64,000 nucleotides of DNA, from positions 502,370 through 566,369 of the forward strand of contig JBKBLN010000002.1 of NCBI GenBank assembly GCA_046296415.1, read 5' to 3'. Positions 40,202 to 49,826 of this stretch are shown here, piece by piece. How positions within the stretch are numbered: the first letter of the stretch is position 1; every line of letters begins with the position of its first letter. The stretch is from Spirosomataceae bacterium (lineage in GTDB: Bacteria; Bacteroidota; Bacteroidia; Cytophagales; Spirosomataceae). Position numbers and translations under genes: made by a program. Under the pieces are notes generated by a model. That model had not been told where the DNA came from. It worked only from the letters and a program-made list of their open reading frames with translations, and made no database searches.

Positions 40202-41695
40202 TTACTTTCCATATAATTTTTGAAAAGCTTTTTCATATTTATCTCCGGATTTCCAAACAGGTGCTTGAACATCGTTGGCGATTAGCCGAGCCGCGTAGGT
40301 GTAACTCTGGCAGTATTTAAGTAAATAGGAAAAGTCAACCGAATCGGCGTCATCGGCCACCTGATGATAATATTGATTGATTTTATCGTCAAAAGCGGAG
40401 AAACCAGGAGAAAAGGTAGGAGCAGGTATTCCCTTAGCCGCCAAACTAACATTATCAGACCGATCGAACAAATTCTGCTCGGGTGCAGGGTCCTCCACGG
40501 CTTTCAACCCAAAGGCGGTAGCCGCCTTCTGAATGGCCTCTTGGCCGGACGTCCGACTTAAACCAATAATCGTCAACAGTGATGTGTCGTTATAGCCGGC
40601 CCCATCGCAATTTAAATTGTAAATACACTGGTTCAAGGGAATTACAGGATGTTCCGAATAAAACTTGCTTCCCAACAATCCAATTTCTTCACCTGTGTAA
40701 GCGATCAACAAAATCGATCGTTTGGTTTTTTCTTGAGCCAACGCTTTGGCGGCTGTTAAAACGGCCGTCGTACCAAAAGCATTATCCCGGGCACCATTAA
40801 AAATGGTATCGGTAGCCGTTACTCGTCCATTTTCTTTTCCCGTACCTACGTGGTCATAATGTGCCGAAAGAACGACATACTCATTTTTCAATTTGGGATC
40901 GGTTCCCTCAATGACACCAATCACATTGGACGAGTTCAAAGGCTTCGAGGTTGGTGCAGATATCGACAAGGAGGCTTGAGTCACTTTATTTTTGGCCAAA
41001 ATCTTAGCGGCTGCCGAACTTATCCATAAGTGGGGGAAGGTATCGGTGGTTTTGTTAACCAATCGTGTCGATTTACGACCGAAGTACCCCGCAATATTTC
41101 GCCATGGAATAGGAGAATTAAACACTTCGATGATGGCCTTCGCTCCTTTTTCCCGCGCCCACTTGGCTTTGTCTTCCATTGCACCAAACATATCTTGAGG
41201 CGACTTGCTATCAGGAAAACCAACGCCTACAACCAGTACTTTGCCTTTGACATCCACGCCGGCAAAGTCATCGTATCCTTTTTCGGTATCCACCCATCCA
41301 TAAGGCAGATAAACGATCTCGGCATTGGGCAAATCCACCCCGACGTTGGACATCATAACAAAATCATCCATTACTTTGGCTGTCCCCTCGGTGGTGGTGA
41401 TGGTTCCTTGAGTAGATGGATAAATCGTTTCTAAAGCGACGGGTTGAAAATAACTTCCGTTCACCGCAGGTTTCGCTCCTACTTTTTTAAATTGCTGAGC
41501 AATGTATTCAGCCGCTTTTTGATTTCCAGGCTCGCCCGTTCGACGACCTAATAGCTCGTCGGCAGCTAAAAAACGAAGATGAGCCTCAGGTTCACTGGAT
41601 TTCAGGGAGAACTCTGGTAATTTTTGAGTAGATTGAGCGTTGATTAAGCAGGTAGTAAAAACCAACAATCCTGTCGAAACGAGTCGCATGCGCAT
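40202..41695 (-). CDS. M28-family aminopeptidase with PA domain (secreted)
   Basis: Signal peptide, PA insert, and M28 metal-ligand regions (SAHYDHVG, NGARDNAFG, GEEIGLLGS, NLNCDG). Confidence 0.85.
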   Translation of the reverse strand: MRMRLVSTGLLVFTTCLINAQSTQKLPEFSLKSSEPEAHLRFLAADELLGRRTGEPGNQKAAEYIAQQFKKVGAKPAVNGSYFQPVALETIYPSTQGTITTTEGTAKVMDDFVMMSNVGVDLPNAEIVYLPYGWVDTEKGYDDFAGVDVKGKVLVVGVGFPDSKSPQDMFGAMEDKAKWAREKGAKAIIEVFNSPIPWRNIAGYFGRKSTRLVNKTTDTFPHLWISSAAAKILAKNKVTQASLSISAPTSKPLNSSNVIGVIEGTDPKLKNEYVVLSAHYDHVGTGKENGRVTATDTIFNGARDNAFGTTAVLTAAKALAQEKTKRSILLIAYTGEEIGLLGSKFYSEHPVIPLNQCIYNLNCDGAGYNDTSLLTIIGLSRTSGQEAIQKAATAFGLKAVEDPAPEQNLFDRSDNVSLAAKGIPAPTFSPGFSAFDDKINQYYHQVADDADSVDFSYLLKYCQSYTYAARLIANDVQAPVWKSGDKYEKAFQKLYGK

Positions 41696-41718
41696 AGAAA
41701 CAGTTTTTCATTAATGTT

Positions 41719-41726
41719 CAAATATA
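41719..41726 (-). promoter_or_regulatory. Candidate -7 promoter box TATATTTG (minus strand) for the M28-hypothetical-miaA operon
   Basis: Exact consensus 23 nt upstream of ATG 41695. Confidence 0.45.
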
Positions 41727-41788
41727 AGAATTTTTGAAAACGTTCGTTTCGGATTGGTATCAACGGTAAAATAGCGTAGATCAAGTAT

Positions 41789-42412
41789 ATGAAAAAGTAT
41801 GGTTTCATTTTCCTAATGGGCATCATTACCCAAAGTAGCTTTGGCCAGTCAAATGCCTATGTGGTTGCTGACGCAGACGAATACTTTCGTTCTGGCCGGT
41901 ATTTTGATGCATTTTTTGCCTACCGGACTGCCGCGAGATTGCCGGAATTCGCAGGAGATTATCAAATTGAACAGCAGATCAAGAATAGTTCAAAAGCTTT
42001 GTATTTAAAAAAGAAATACCAAGATTTCCGAGCTTTTAAAAAATATGATTTAGCCAAAGATCATTTGATCCAGTTGGTTGAAATCAACCCCATGGACCCA
42101 TTTCGAGATCAAATCCCTAAGATCACCCTCGAGCAAGCCGAATCTTTTCACCGAATGGCTTGGCGTCAACGGTCACCTCGAGAAGTAGCTGATATGTTGA
42201 ACAAAGCCATCGGATATTATCATCAGGCCATCAAAGAAGGATTGGTGAATGAATCGGTTCAGGTGGCGATCAAGATGGCGGAGAAATCCATCCGAGACAC
42301 AGGCGTAACCGATGTTCCCAATACTACGCTGGGCGTATCCACCCAGTATAATCAACTAAATAAACCCACCACCGAACGGAAAGTTGAAATCAAGGAAAAC
42401 AATCCTTTATAA
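41789..42412 (+). CDS. Hypothetical secreted helical protein
   Basis: Signal peptide MKKYGFIFLMGIITQSSFGQ. No recognisable catalytic motif. Has its own terminator. Confidence 0.5.
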   Translation: MKKYGFIFLMGIITQSSFGQSNAYVVADADEYFRSGRYFDAFFAYRTAARLPEFAGDYQIEQQIKNSSKALYLKKKYQDFRAFKKYDLAKDHLIQLVEINPMDPFRDQIPKITLEQAESFHRMAWRQRSPREVADMLNKAIGYYHQAIKEGLVNESVQVAIKMAEKSIRDTGVTDVPNTTLGVSTQYNQLNKPTTERKVEIKENNPL

Positions 42413-42424
42413 TCCTTTCTTCAC

Positions 42425-42460
42425 AAAAAAAGATCTGACCCTCCGGCCAGATCTTTTTTT
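42425..42460. terminator. Bidirectional terminator between the hypothetical gene (+) and the DUF2911 gene (-)
   Basis: 13-bp arms AAAAAAAGATCTG / CAGATCTTTTTTT around a GC-rich loop. Confidence 0.8.
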
Positions 42461-42498
42461 GTGGACTTCCTTGGAAGAATCTTCCACACGCCGAAGTC

Positions 42499-43332
42499 TT
42501 ATTTCAACGTAGCTTGAAGTTTCTGATTCAAGGCAACATAATCTTCGTTCCCTGCCTCTTTCGCTAAAGCCAATGAGCGATTTGAAGCTTCCAAAGCCCC
42601 TTTCTTATCACCCATTTGTGCTAAAATGCGAGCTTGCAACAATACTACCCAATAGGCTTTCGGCTGTGCTTCAACCGCTTTGGCAGCCCAAGTAGCCGCT
42701 TGTTTCAAGTCTTTACCTGCTTCAAAATAATACGAGGCGGCTTGGAAATACGGCTTGGAATCTACATTCATGGCCGTATTGATTTGTGCCATAATTTTAG
42801 TGTCGATGTCAGCCTCAACCGGGAAACTTACCCCTGTTTTTTCCCACATAATTTGAACGTTGGCTTTGTTGTTCACAACATCTGCCAGTTGAATAGTGAA
42901 CGACTCAACCGACTGACCAAGGGCCATAGGCTTCACCTTAAAACGAGCCACGTCGTCGGCCTTATCATAACCATTGCTTCCCCAGTTTTGGGTGCTTTTG
43001 TTTAAAATCACTTCCCACTCTGTTTTGTCTGGAATGGTGTACAAAGCATACGATCCAGCCTTGACAGCGACACCACCTACCTTAACGTCCTCACCAAATG
43101 TGATTCGAGTGGCATTGTTGGCTCCCGTCCGCCAAACTTTTCCAAAGGGAACCAAATCACCAAAAATAACACGACCTTTCATCACGGGACGCGAGTAGCT
43201 GACCTCAATATGAGATAAGGCAAAATCCTGTTTAATCGTTTGTGAGGGACTTGGAGCTGGCATCTTGATACCTTGAGCCAGGGTGGAGAAGGCAATAAAA
43301 CTTGCCGAAACAATACTGAAAATCTGTTTCAT
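42499..43332 (-). CDS. DUF2911-domain secreted protein with C-terminal TPR-like region
   Basis: Signal peptide, then FGDLVPFGKVWRTGANNATRITF...V.GGV.VKAGSYALYTIP, which I recall as typical of DUF2911. Confidence 0.65.
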   Translation of the reverse strand: MKQIFSIVSASFIAFSTLAQGIKMPAPSPSQTIKQDFALSHIEVSYSRPVMKGRVIFGDLVPFGKVWRTGANNATRITFGEDVKVGGVAVKAGSYALYTIPDKTEWEVILNKSTQNWGSNGYDKADDVARFKVKPMALGQSVESFTIQLADVVNNKANVQIMWEKTGVSFPVEADIDTKIMAQINTAMNVDSKPYFQAASYYFEAGKDLKQAATWAAKAVEAQPKAYWVVLLQARILAQMGDKKGALEASNRSLALAKEAGNEDYVALNQKLQATLK

Positions 43333-43503
43333 GTTTGTGAAATTAAAGATTGAATAATCTGTTGAAAAGACTCAAAAAAGACCTAAAAAGTTCAAAATGA
43401 AATAGGATTTCATAAAATGCTCCGTTTGTTAATACTTTGATTACCCCACGACAACACACGAATCAATGGAATTGCCGAAAATGCAAAATAAAACCGTTTG
43501 GAT

Positions 43504-44388
43504 ATGCTTGGTTGGATTTTATATCAAAAAGATACTTTACAGGATTCTTACGAAAACACCCGTTTTCTTGAGGAAGCAAAACTCCTTCAAATTACCCTTA
43601 AAGTCGTGCATCCACCAGATTTTGGGTGGGTATTGGGAGGCGATTTCCCTTTACTGTACAAAGGGAAAGCAATATCCCTCCCTGATTTTGTCATTCCTCG
43701 GCTTGGAGCTATGACTGACACGCTTACTTGGAATCTTTTGCATTTTTTTCATCTAAAAGGGGTCCGTTTATTCAATTCCCTTTCCCTCATTCGGCTCGCA
43801 CAGAACAAATTAGATTGCCTTTTTCAGCTCGCCTCGTTGGGTATTCCTGTTCCCAAAACCACGGCACTTCATTTGGTGGAATCCACGTATTCAATCCAAA
43901 GGGTTTTCGATTTTCCTTTGGTTGTTAAAAATAATGTAGGAACCCATGGAGAAGGAATCATTCTTTGTACTTCCGACCAAATATTAGAAGATCTCATGCC
44001 CATCCTGCTAGAACAAACAAATCAGAACTTCATTGTGCAGGAATATGTGGATACGCGACCGGGAGAAGATATACGAATCGTATTGACCCAAAACACGGTA
44101 CTCGGAACCATGAAACGGATCGCTGGAAGGGACCAGTGGAAATCTAATTTCACTCTCGGGGGTAAAGTTGAACCCTATCCTTGGGATGATTCCCTCGATT
44201 CTATAGCGTCAAAAATTCAAAAAAATCTTACTTTTGACCTTCTGGGGATTGACTTACTGATGACGGAATCAGGCTATGTGGTCAATGAAATAAATTCTGC
44301 CCCAGGATTCAAAGGTATGGAACTAGCATTGAAAAATAATATGGCTCGTTTGATTCTTGAACAGTGTATCGAGTTCGTACCTGGATAA
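43504..44388 (+). CDS. RimK-family ATP-grasp alpha-L-glutamate ligase-like protein
   Basis: ATP-grasp features (FPLVVKNNVGTHGEGI, FIVQEYV...GEDIRIVL, VNEINSAPGFKG). First ATG at 43504. Confidence 0.8.
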   Translation: MLGWILYQKDTLQDSYENTRFLEEAKLLQITLKVVHPPDFGWVLGGDFPLLYKGKAISLPDFVIPRLGAMTDTLTWNLLHFFHLKGVRLFNSLSLIRLAQNKLDCLFQLASLGIPVPKTTALHLVESTYSIQRVFDFPLVVKNNVGTHGEGIILCTSDQILEDLMPILLEQTNQNFIVQEYVDTRPGEDIRIVLTQNTVLGTMKRIAGRDQWKSNFTLGGKVEPYPWDDSLDSIASKIQKNLTFDLLGIDLLMTESGYVVNEINSAPGFKGMELALKNNMARLILEQCIEFVPG

Positions 44389-44422
44389 TCAATTCTTGAT
44401 CTAACAACGAAATGATTTGTTC

Positions 44423-45616
44423 ATGAAAAAAATATGGATCGTAGTCTTTTGTTTCTTTTTTTTACCATCATACGCTCAAAAAAACAACGATGTTCGCTTA
44501 ACATCCTTGCCGTACTATAATTTCGGAAAAGGTCTTGGACTGACCTCCCCCGATAGCCTTTTCCAGTTCAATATTCGGTTCCGGATGCAAAATCGGGTGG
44601 GTTACTTACGAGATGAGGCTGGGAATCCAGCATTTGATGCGCAAGTTCGACGTTTACGTTTACGATTTGATGGTTTTGTTGGTTCCCCCCAATTTTTATA
44701 TGTCATTCAGCTTTCCTTTGCACCGGGAGATGTGGGTCGATTGGAAGAAGGGGCTAATTTGAACGTTATACGAGATGCCGCCATCATTTATCGACCCAAT
44801 GCAAAATGGGATATCGTGTTTGGCCAAACCAAACTCCCCGGAAATCGACAGCGAATCAATTCCTCTGGGGCTCTGCAATTGACAGACCGATCCATCACCA
44901 ACGCTCGATTTAACATTGACCGGGATTTTGGGATTCAGGTGAACTACCTGGGAGAACAAAGATCAAGCTCTTCATTTAATGTTAAAACCGCTATTTCATC
45001 GGGAGATGGACGAAATTTTACGGCGAATCCCGATGACGGTTTAGCCTATACTGGAAAATTGGAATGGTATCCCCTGGGTGGTTTTCAGAATGCTGGGGTA
45101 TTTTTTGAGGGGGATTTGGTCCGCGAACCAAGTCCCAAACTGATGCTATCAGCTGCCTACCATTACAATCACAAAGCCAAAAGGACTTTAGGGGTATTGG
45201 GTGAAGACTTATATGCCTCCCGGAATTTACAAGCCATTTTAGCGGATTTCTTGTTCAAGTACCGAGGATTGGCCATTCAAGGTTCGTACATGAACCGAAA
45301 CACAGAGAATCCCATCACTCGTAATCAAGCCGGAAGTATTCGCCGGGTCTTTGTAGGTGAAGGGTGGGACTTTCAACCCTCTTATCACTTCAAAAATGAT
45401 TTTGAATTGATTGGACGACTGAGTTATGTTCAACCCTACACCAGCCTAGCGGCTCTGGAGCCTAAACAGCGGGAATGGACCTTGGGGGTAACGCGCTATT
45501 TGTGGGAACATGCATTCAAGGTCCAAACGGAGGTTACCTTCGACGAATTCTTTTACTTAGACGGCGCTAGAAAACAGGCCTGGTTTGCGCGTTTTCAAGT
45601 AGAAATGGGGATTTAA
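44423..45616 (+). CDS. Outer-membrane porin (phosphate-selective porin O/P-like)
   Basis: Signal peptide, beta-strand periodicity, RLRLRFDGF and QFLYVIQLSF motifs, C-terminal aromatic (RFQVEMGI). Confidence 0.65.
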   Translation: MKKIWIVVFCFFFLPSYAQKNNDVRLTSLPYYNFGKGLGLTSPDSLFQFNIRFRMQNRVGYLRDEAGNPAFDAQVRRLRLRFDGFVGSPQFLYVIQLSFAPGDVGRLEEGANLNVIRDAAIIYRPNAKWDIVFGQTKLPGNRQRINSSGALQLTDRSITNARFNIDRDFGIQVNYLGEQRSSSSFNVKTAISSGDGRNFTANPDDGLAYTGKLEWYPLGGFQNAGVFFEGDLVREPSPKLMLSAAYHYNHKAKRTLGVLGEDLYASRNLQAILADFLFKYRGLAIQGSYMNRNTENPITRNQAGSIRRVFVGEGWDFQPSYHFKNDFELIGRLSYVQPYTSLAALEPKQREWTLGVTRYLWEHAFKVQTEVTFDEFFYLDGARKQAWFARFQVEMGI

Positions 45617-46242
45617 CGTCCCCATTTCTCTGGATTTCTTCTCCATTTTTTCAAAGTCTCCACAGAATCCGCAGGAATATAGTCTTGTTTCACTGCTTCA
45701 TCAATCAAATATTTATACTCACTCAAGGTGATGAGCGGAAGATTTGCCGCCTTAAAATTCGCATCTGCCGTAGAAAAACCGTACGTAAAAATAGCCACCA
45801 TCCCGATGACTTGGTAGCCCGCTGCTCGCAGCGCTTCTACACATTTTAAGGAACTTCCTCCGGTGGAAATCAAATCCTCGATCACGACGACTTGCGCTCC
45901 GGAGGGAATGGATCCCTCAATTTGATTTCCCATGCCATGTTCTTTTGGTTTGGGACGAACATACGCGAAAGGAAGTTGCAAGGCATCAGCAACCAAAGCC
46001 CCCTGTGCTATGCCAGCCGTGGCAACTCCAACGATGGCCGTACCTTCAGGGAAATTCCTTTTAATAGCCTGAGCCAAGGATTTTTTGATGAACGTTCTAG
46101 CGGCAGGATGCGAGAGCGTGATGCGATTGTCGCAATAAATGGGTGATAACCAACCAGAACTCCATTGGAAAGGTTGATTAGGTCGAAGCTTTACCGCTTG
46201 GGTTTCTAGTAAAAATCCAGCAATTTTTCGGGCAGTTGTCAT
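45613..46242 (-). CDS. pyrE: Orotate phosphoribosyltransferase
   Basis: F.WSSGW.SPIYCDNR and the PRPP loop VVVIEDLISTGGSS. ATG 46242 removes overlap with the upstream gene. Confidence 0.9.
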   Translation of the reverse strand: MTTARKIAGFLLETQAVKLRPNQPFQWSSGWLSPIYCDNRITLSHPAARTFIKKSLAQAIKRNFPEGTAIVGVATAGIAQGALVADALQLPFAYVRPKPKEHGMGNQIEGSIPSGAQVVVIEDLISTGGSSLKCVEALRAAGYQVIGMVAIFTYGFSTADANFKAANLPLITLSEYKYLIDEAVKQDYIPADSVETLKKWRRNPEKWGR

Positions 46243-46261
46243 AATCCTAAAAAAAAGAGGC

Positions 46262-47551
46262 TTACGCCTCTGTTCCATCTATTTTTTTGATTAAAATTTT
46301 ATCGATTCGATTCTTGTCCATATCCACAATCTCAAATTCATATCCATGCCAGGTGAATTTATCACCCGTATCAGGGATTTCCTTGAGAATTTCCAAGGCA
46401 AAACCACCCATGGTATCAAAGCCGCTGTATTCCTTCCGATTGGGAATTTCAATCTCAAACTCTTGGAGGAAATCATCAAAGGGTAGTGCGGCATCAATCA
46501 AGTAGGAACCATCATCTCGAGGGGTAATTTCAAACTCAAATTCATTATCTTCCGAAATATCACCCACCAAAGCATCCAAAATATCATTCATCGTCACCAC
46601 ACCTTGAACATTTCCATATTCATCCACGATCACACCGAAATGGATTTTTTCACTTTGAAACTTCTCTAAAACCTGATATGCGTGGTTATTTTCAGGAATG
46701 AACAGAGGTTCCCGGGCTAAAGATTCCAGATTTTGAAGAGCTGACTCCAATCCCAAGTCCAATACATCTTTGATATACAAAAGCCCGATCATGTTATTGA
46801 TTCCATCCTTGCATATAGGATAAATGGAATGTTTTTTATCCATGACTTTCTGGCGGTTCTCGATCCAGTCGTCCTCTACATCTAAAAATGTAACCTCATT
46901 GCTACTTGTCATGAGTGAAGTAATGCGGCGATCCCCCAAATGAAATACATTTTGCACGATTTCATGCTCAATTTCTTCAATGGTTCCTCCGGTGGCTCCT
47001 TCTTGGATCAGTGACTTGATTTCTTCCTCTGTCACGGATGAGTCTGACTCCACAATACCGAGTAACTTAACTAATCCTTCTGACGATTTACTAAGCAACC
47101 AAATGAAAGGAGAGGTAAATTTTGACAAAACGTTCATAGGGCCAACCATCCACATGGCGATTTCCTCGGGTTTGGCCATACCAATTCGCTTCGGAACCAA
47201 TTCACCAAAAACAAGGGAAAGGAAGGTTACAAGTAGGGTGATAATCCCAACGGAGACCGTTTTGGCATACGGCTGCAGAACAGCAAAACGCTCCACCCAT
47301 GGCTGAACATACACGTTAAATTGCTCACCTGAGTAAATACCGGTTAAGATCGCAATCAAGGTAATACCAATTTGTACAGTGGAGAGGAAACGATTCGGCT
47401 CATTGGCCAGCTGAAGAGCAGCGTGGGCTTTTTTGTTGCCGTTTTTAGCGGCTATTTCTAGTTTGGTTTTCCTGGAAGACACGAGTGCAATCTCAGACAT
47501 CGAGAATAACCCGTTCAATAAAATAAGTGCAAGAATTATGACAATGTCCAT
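46262..47551 (-). CDS. Hemolysin-family / CNNM transporter (DUF21 + tandem CBS + CorC_HlyC)
   Basis: N-terminal NGLFSMSEIALVSSRK DUF21 membrane domain, CBS pair, and a C-terminal CorC/HlyC domain. Confidence 0.9.
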   Translation of the reverse strand: MDIVIILALILLNGLFSMSEIALVSSRKTKLEIAAKNGNKKAHAALQLANEPNRFLSTVQIGITLIAILTGIYSGEQFNVYVQPWVERFAVLQPYAKTVSVGIITLLVTFLSLVFGELVPKRIGMAKPEEIAMWMVGPMNVLSKFTSPFIWLLSKSSEGLVKLLGIVESDSSVTEEEIKSLIQEGATGGTIEEIEHEIVQNVFHLGDRRITSLMTSSNEVTFLDVEDDWIENRQKVMDKKHSIYPICKDGINNMIGLLYIKDVLDLGLESALQNLESLAREPLFIPENNHAYQVLEKFQSEKIHFGVIVDEYGNVQGVVTMNDILDALVGDISEDNEFEFEITPRDDGSYLIDAALPFDDFLQEFEIEIPNRKEYSGFDTMGGFALEILKEIPDTGDKFTWHGYEFEIVDMDKNRIDKILIKKIDGTEA

Positions 47552-47568
47552 TCAAGATTTTTGGGATA

Positions 47569-47576
47569 CAAATGTA
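47569..47576 (-). promoter_or_regulatory. Candidate -7 promoter box TACATTTG (minus strand) for the CNNM-pyrE operon
   Basis: Exact consensus 17 nt upstream of ATG 47551. Confidence 0.45.
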
Positions 47577-47705
47577 TTACCCACAATGATTTAATATGCA
47601 AAATAAAGCATTTTACTAGATCAATTCCCAAACCCAGAATATAAAATTTTTCTTTCGAACAGATTGAGGGATTTTTACCGAACTTTGTAAAAGAATTTGT
47701 TCTCT

Positions 47706-48398
47706 ATGCGGCTTTTTGTACACCATTTACCTATCCATTTTATTTCGGCTTCTAAGTGGGGAAATCAATCGGGCAACCTATTTGATGACCTCCCCTACCA
47801 ATACGACCACATCTTTCAAGGGACTGGACATGGCCTGGTGTATGGATTGCCCGTTTCCGTAACAGCCGACTGGATAAACCGGTATTTCACTGAAGGTCAA
47901 CCACTTCCCGGCAGGTCAATTACCTGGATTGTCGAAAATACGCATCAACTGAAAAAATCTTTGCAAAGTACATTTGAATTCCTAGAAGCGGCCGGCGGAT
48001 TGGTGAGACAACAGGATCAGTGGTTGATGATTTATCGCTTGGGAGTTTGGGATTTCCCAAAAGGGAAAATTGAAACTCAGGAAAAGCCTAAAGTTGCCGC
48101 CTCTCGTGAGGTTTGGGAGGAGTGCGGAGTGCCTTGTCAACCCATTCGAAAGATTGGAAAAACTTGGCATACCTATGCTTTTCAGGGAAAACCTGTATTG
48201 AAACTAACCCATTGGTTTGAAATGACTTGTGCTGAGCCGCATACCCTCAAACCTCAGGTGGAAGAAGATATCACCGAGGTGGCCTGGTGTACCGAGTCGC
48301 AAACATCTTCCCATCTCAAGACATCTTATCCGTCCATTCAATGGATTTGGGCGAAATACCAACGGCTCAAGGCGCTGAATAAGGAAGATAATCGGTGA
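47706..48398 (+). CDS. NUDIX hydrolase with ~95-aa uncharacterised N-terminal extension
   Basis: Nudix box GKIETQEKPKVAASREVWEECGV in the C-terminal half. Confidence 0.75.
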   Translation: MRLFVHHLPIHFISASKWGNQSGNLFDDLPYQYDHIFQGTGHGLVYGLPVSVTADWINRYFTEGQPLPGRSITWIVENTHQLKKSLQSTFEFLEAAGGLVRQQDQWLMIYRLGVWDFPKGKIETQEKPKVAASREVWEECGVPCQPIRKIGKTWHTYAFQGKPVLKLTHWFEMTCAEPHTLKPQVEEDITEVAWCTESQTSSHLKTSYPSIQWIWAKYQRLKALNKEDNR

Positions 48399-48825
48399 TA
48401 TCGGCTCCATACCGATGTAACTCTCTTACGATCGTGGAGCTGATAGGAGCAAATTCGGGAGATGTGATCAAAAAAACCGTTTCCAAGTCATTTACCAATC
48501 GTCTATTTACTTGAGAAATGGTGTTTTCATATTCAAAATCGGTGGTGTTTCGTAACCCTCGCAGGATAAAATCAGCTCCATGTTGTCTGGCCACCGTGGC
48601 GGTAAGATCATCGTATTGAACCACTTTGATTCGAGGATCTTCACTAAAGGCTTTTTGGATGGATCTTTCCATAAAATCAAGCTCAAAATACCGTTTTTTT
48701 GCCGAGTTGGTACCAATTCCAATGATGATTTCATCAAAAAGCTTTAGTCCCCGAGAAACGATATCGGCGTGTCCCTTCGTGAAAGGATCAAAAGAACCTG
48801 GGAAAAAGGCAATTCGTTTTTTCAT
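48367..48825 (-). CDS. coaD: Pantetheine-phosphate adenylyltransferase
   Basis: FPGSFDP.T.GH motif, plus RGLR...DFEYE and SST.VRE. Confidence 0.95.
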   Translation of the reverse strand: MKKRIAFFPGSFDPFTKGHADIVSRGLKLFDEIIIGIGTNSAKKRYFELDFMERSIQKAFSEDPRIKVVQYDDLTATVARQHGADFILRGLRNTTDFEYENTISQVNRRLVNDLETVFLITSPEFAPISSTIVRELHRYGADITDYLPYSAP

Positions 48826-48835
48826 CTTTTTCGGT

Positions 48836-48843
48836 TAGTTTTG
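48836..48843 (+). promoter_or_regulatory. Candidate -7 promoter box TAGTTTTG for the ROK-CHAP-pentapeptide operon
   Basis: Exact consensus ending 53 nt before ATG 48897. Divergent from the coaD promoter. Confidence 0.4.
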
Positions 48844-48847
48844 TTCA

Positions 48848-48855
48848 CAAAGGTA
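48848..48855 (-). promoter_or_regulatory. Candidate -7 promoter box TACCTTTG (minus strand) for coaD
   Basis: Exact consensus 22 nt upstream of the coaD ATG. Confidence 0.45.
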
Positions 48856-48896
48856 AATCAATCCATTTCATTTAACCAAGCCGAGCCACAAACGGT

Positions 48897-49826
48897 ATGT
48901 CACACGCCAATCCCCTCGGATGGGGAATCGACCTCGGCGGCACAAAAATAGAATGTGCTGTCTACGATTTTCAATCCAACGAAATTTTAACACGCCAACG
49001 CCTTCCAACCGAAGCCTCCCAAGGGTACGAACACATATTACATCAGATTCAAACTTTATTGAATCAAGTGGAAAAGTCCATAGGCTCTGCTCCTGAAGGA
49101 ATCGGATTTAGTACACCGGGTATCTTGGATCCCCGAACGCACACCATGAAAAATTGCAATACAACGGCAATGAACGGGCAACCGATGCACCAAGACTTGG
49201 AAGACCTCCTCAAAGTACCTATTCGGATCGCCAATGATGCCAACTGTTTTGCCTTGGCAGAGGCCAACCAAGGAGCCGCGGCGAACCTCTCAGCAGAAGT
49301 GGTATTTGGAGTTATTTTAGGCACCGGGGTAGGTGGAGGCGTGGTGGTCCGGAACCAGCTGATCACAGGTCGCCACGGAATAGGAGGAGAATGGGGGCAT
49401 ATAGTGTACGATCCCGCCGGTCCACCCTGCTACTGTGGAAAATCGGGTTGCAATGAAATGATTTTTTCTGGACCCAAACTCGAAAAATTTTATTTTGACC
49501 GAACCGGAAACGCGTTGAATCTAGCCCAAATTCATGCGCGCCACCAAACCGGAACCGACGCCGATGCCACAGCCACGATACACCATTTGATCACGTGTTT
49601 TGGTCGAGCCATCTCGGGGGTGATCAATGTATTGGATCCAGATGTGATTGTCATAGGTGGCGGTGTGGGACAAATCCCAGAACTCTATACAGAGGGTGTC
49701 GAAGAGGTAAAGAAATATATTTTCAACTCAGGACGTGTGGAAACGAACTTTCTACGGCCGGCTCTAGGTGACAGCTCCGGAGTTTTTGGGGCATTGGAAT
49801 TGATTCGTCCTGTGATTGGTGCATGA
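48897..49826 (+). CDS. ROK-family sugar kinase
   Basis: GIDLGGTK N-terminus, ROK signature region, and zinc motif (GEWGH...C.CG..GC.E). Confidence 0.85.
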   Translation: MSHANPLGWGIDLGGTKIECAVYDFQSNEILTRQRLPTEASQGYEHILHQIQTLLNQVEKSIGSAPEGIGFSTPGILDPRTHTMKNCNTTAMNGQPMHQDLEDLLKVPIRIANDANCFALAEANQGAAANLSAEVVFGVILGTGVGGGVVVRNQLITGRHGIGGEWGHIVYDPAGPPCYCGKSGCNEMIFSGPKLEKFYFDRTGNALNLAQIHARHQTGTDADATATIHHLITCFGRAISGVINVLDPDVIVIGGGVGQIPELYTEGVEEVKKYIFNSGRVETNFLRPALGDSSGVFGALELIRPVIGA

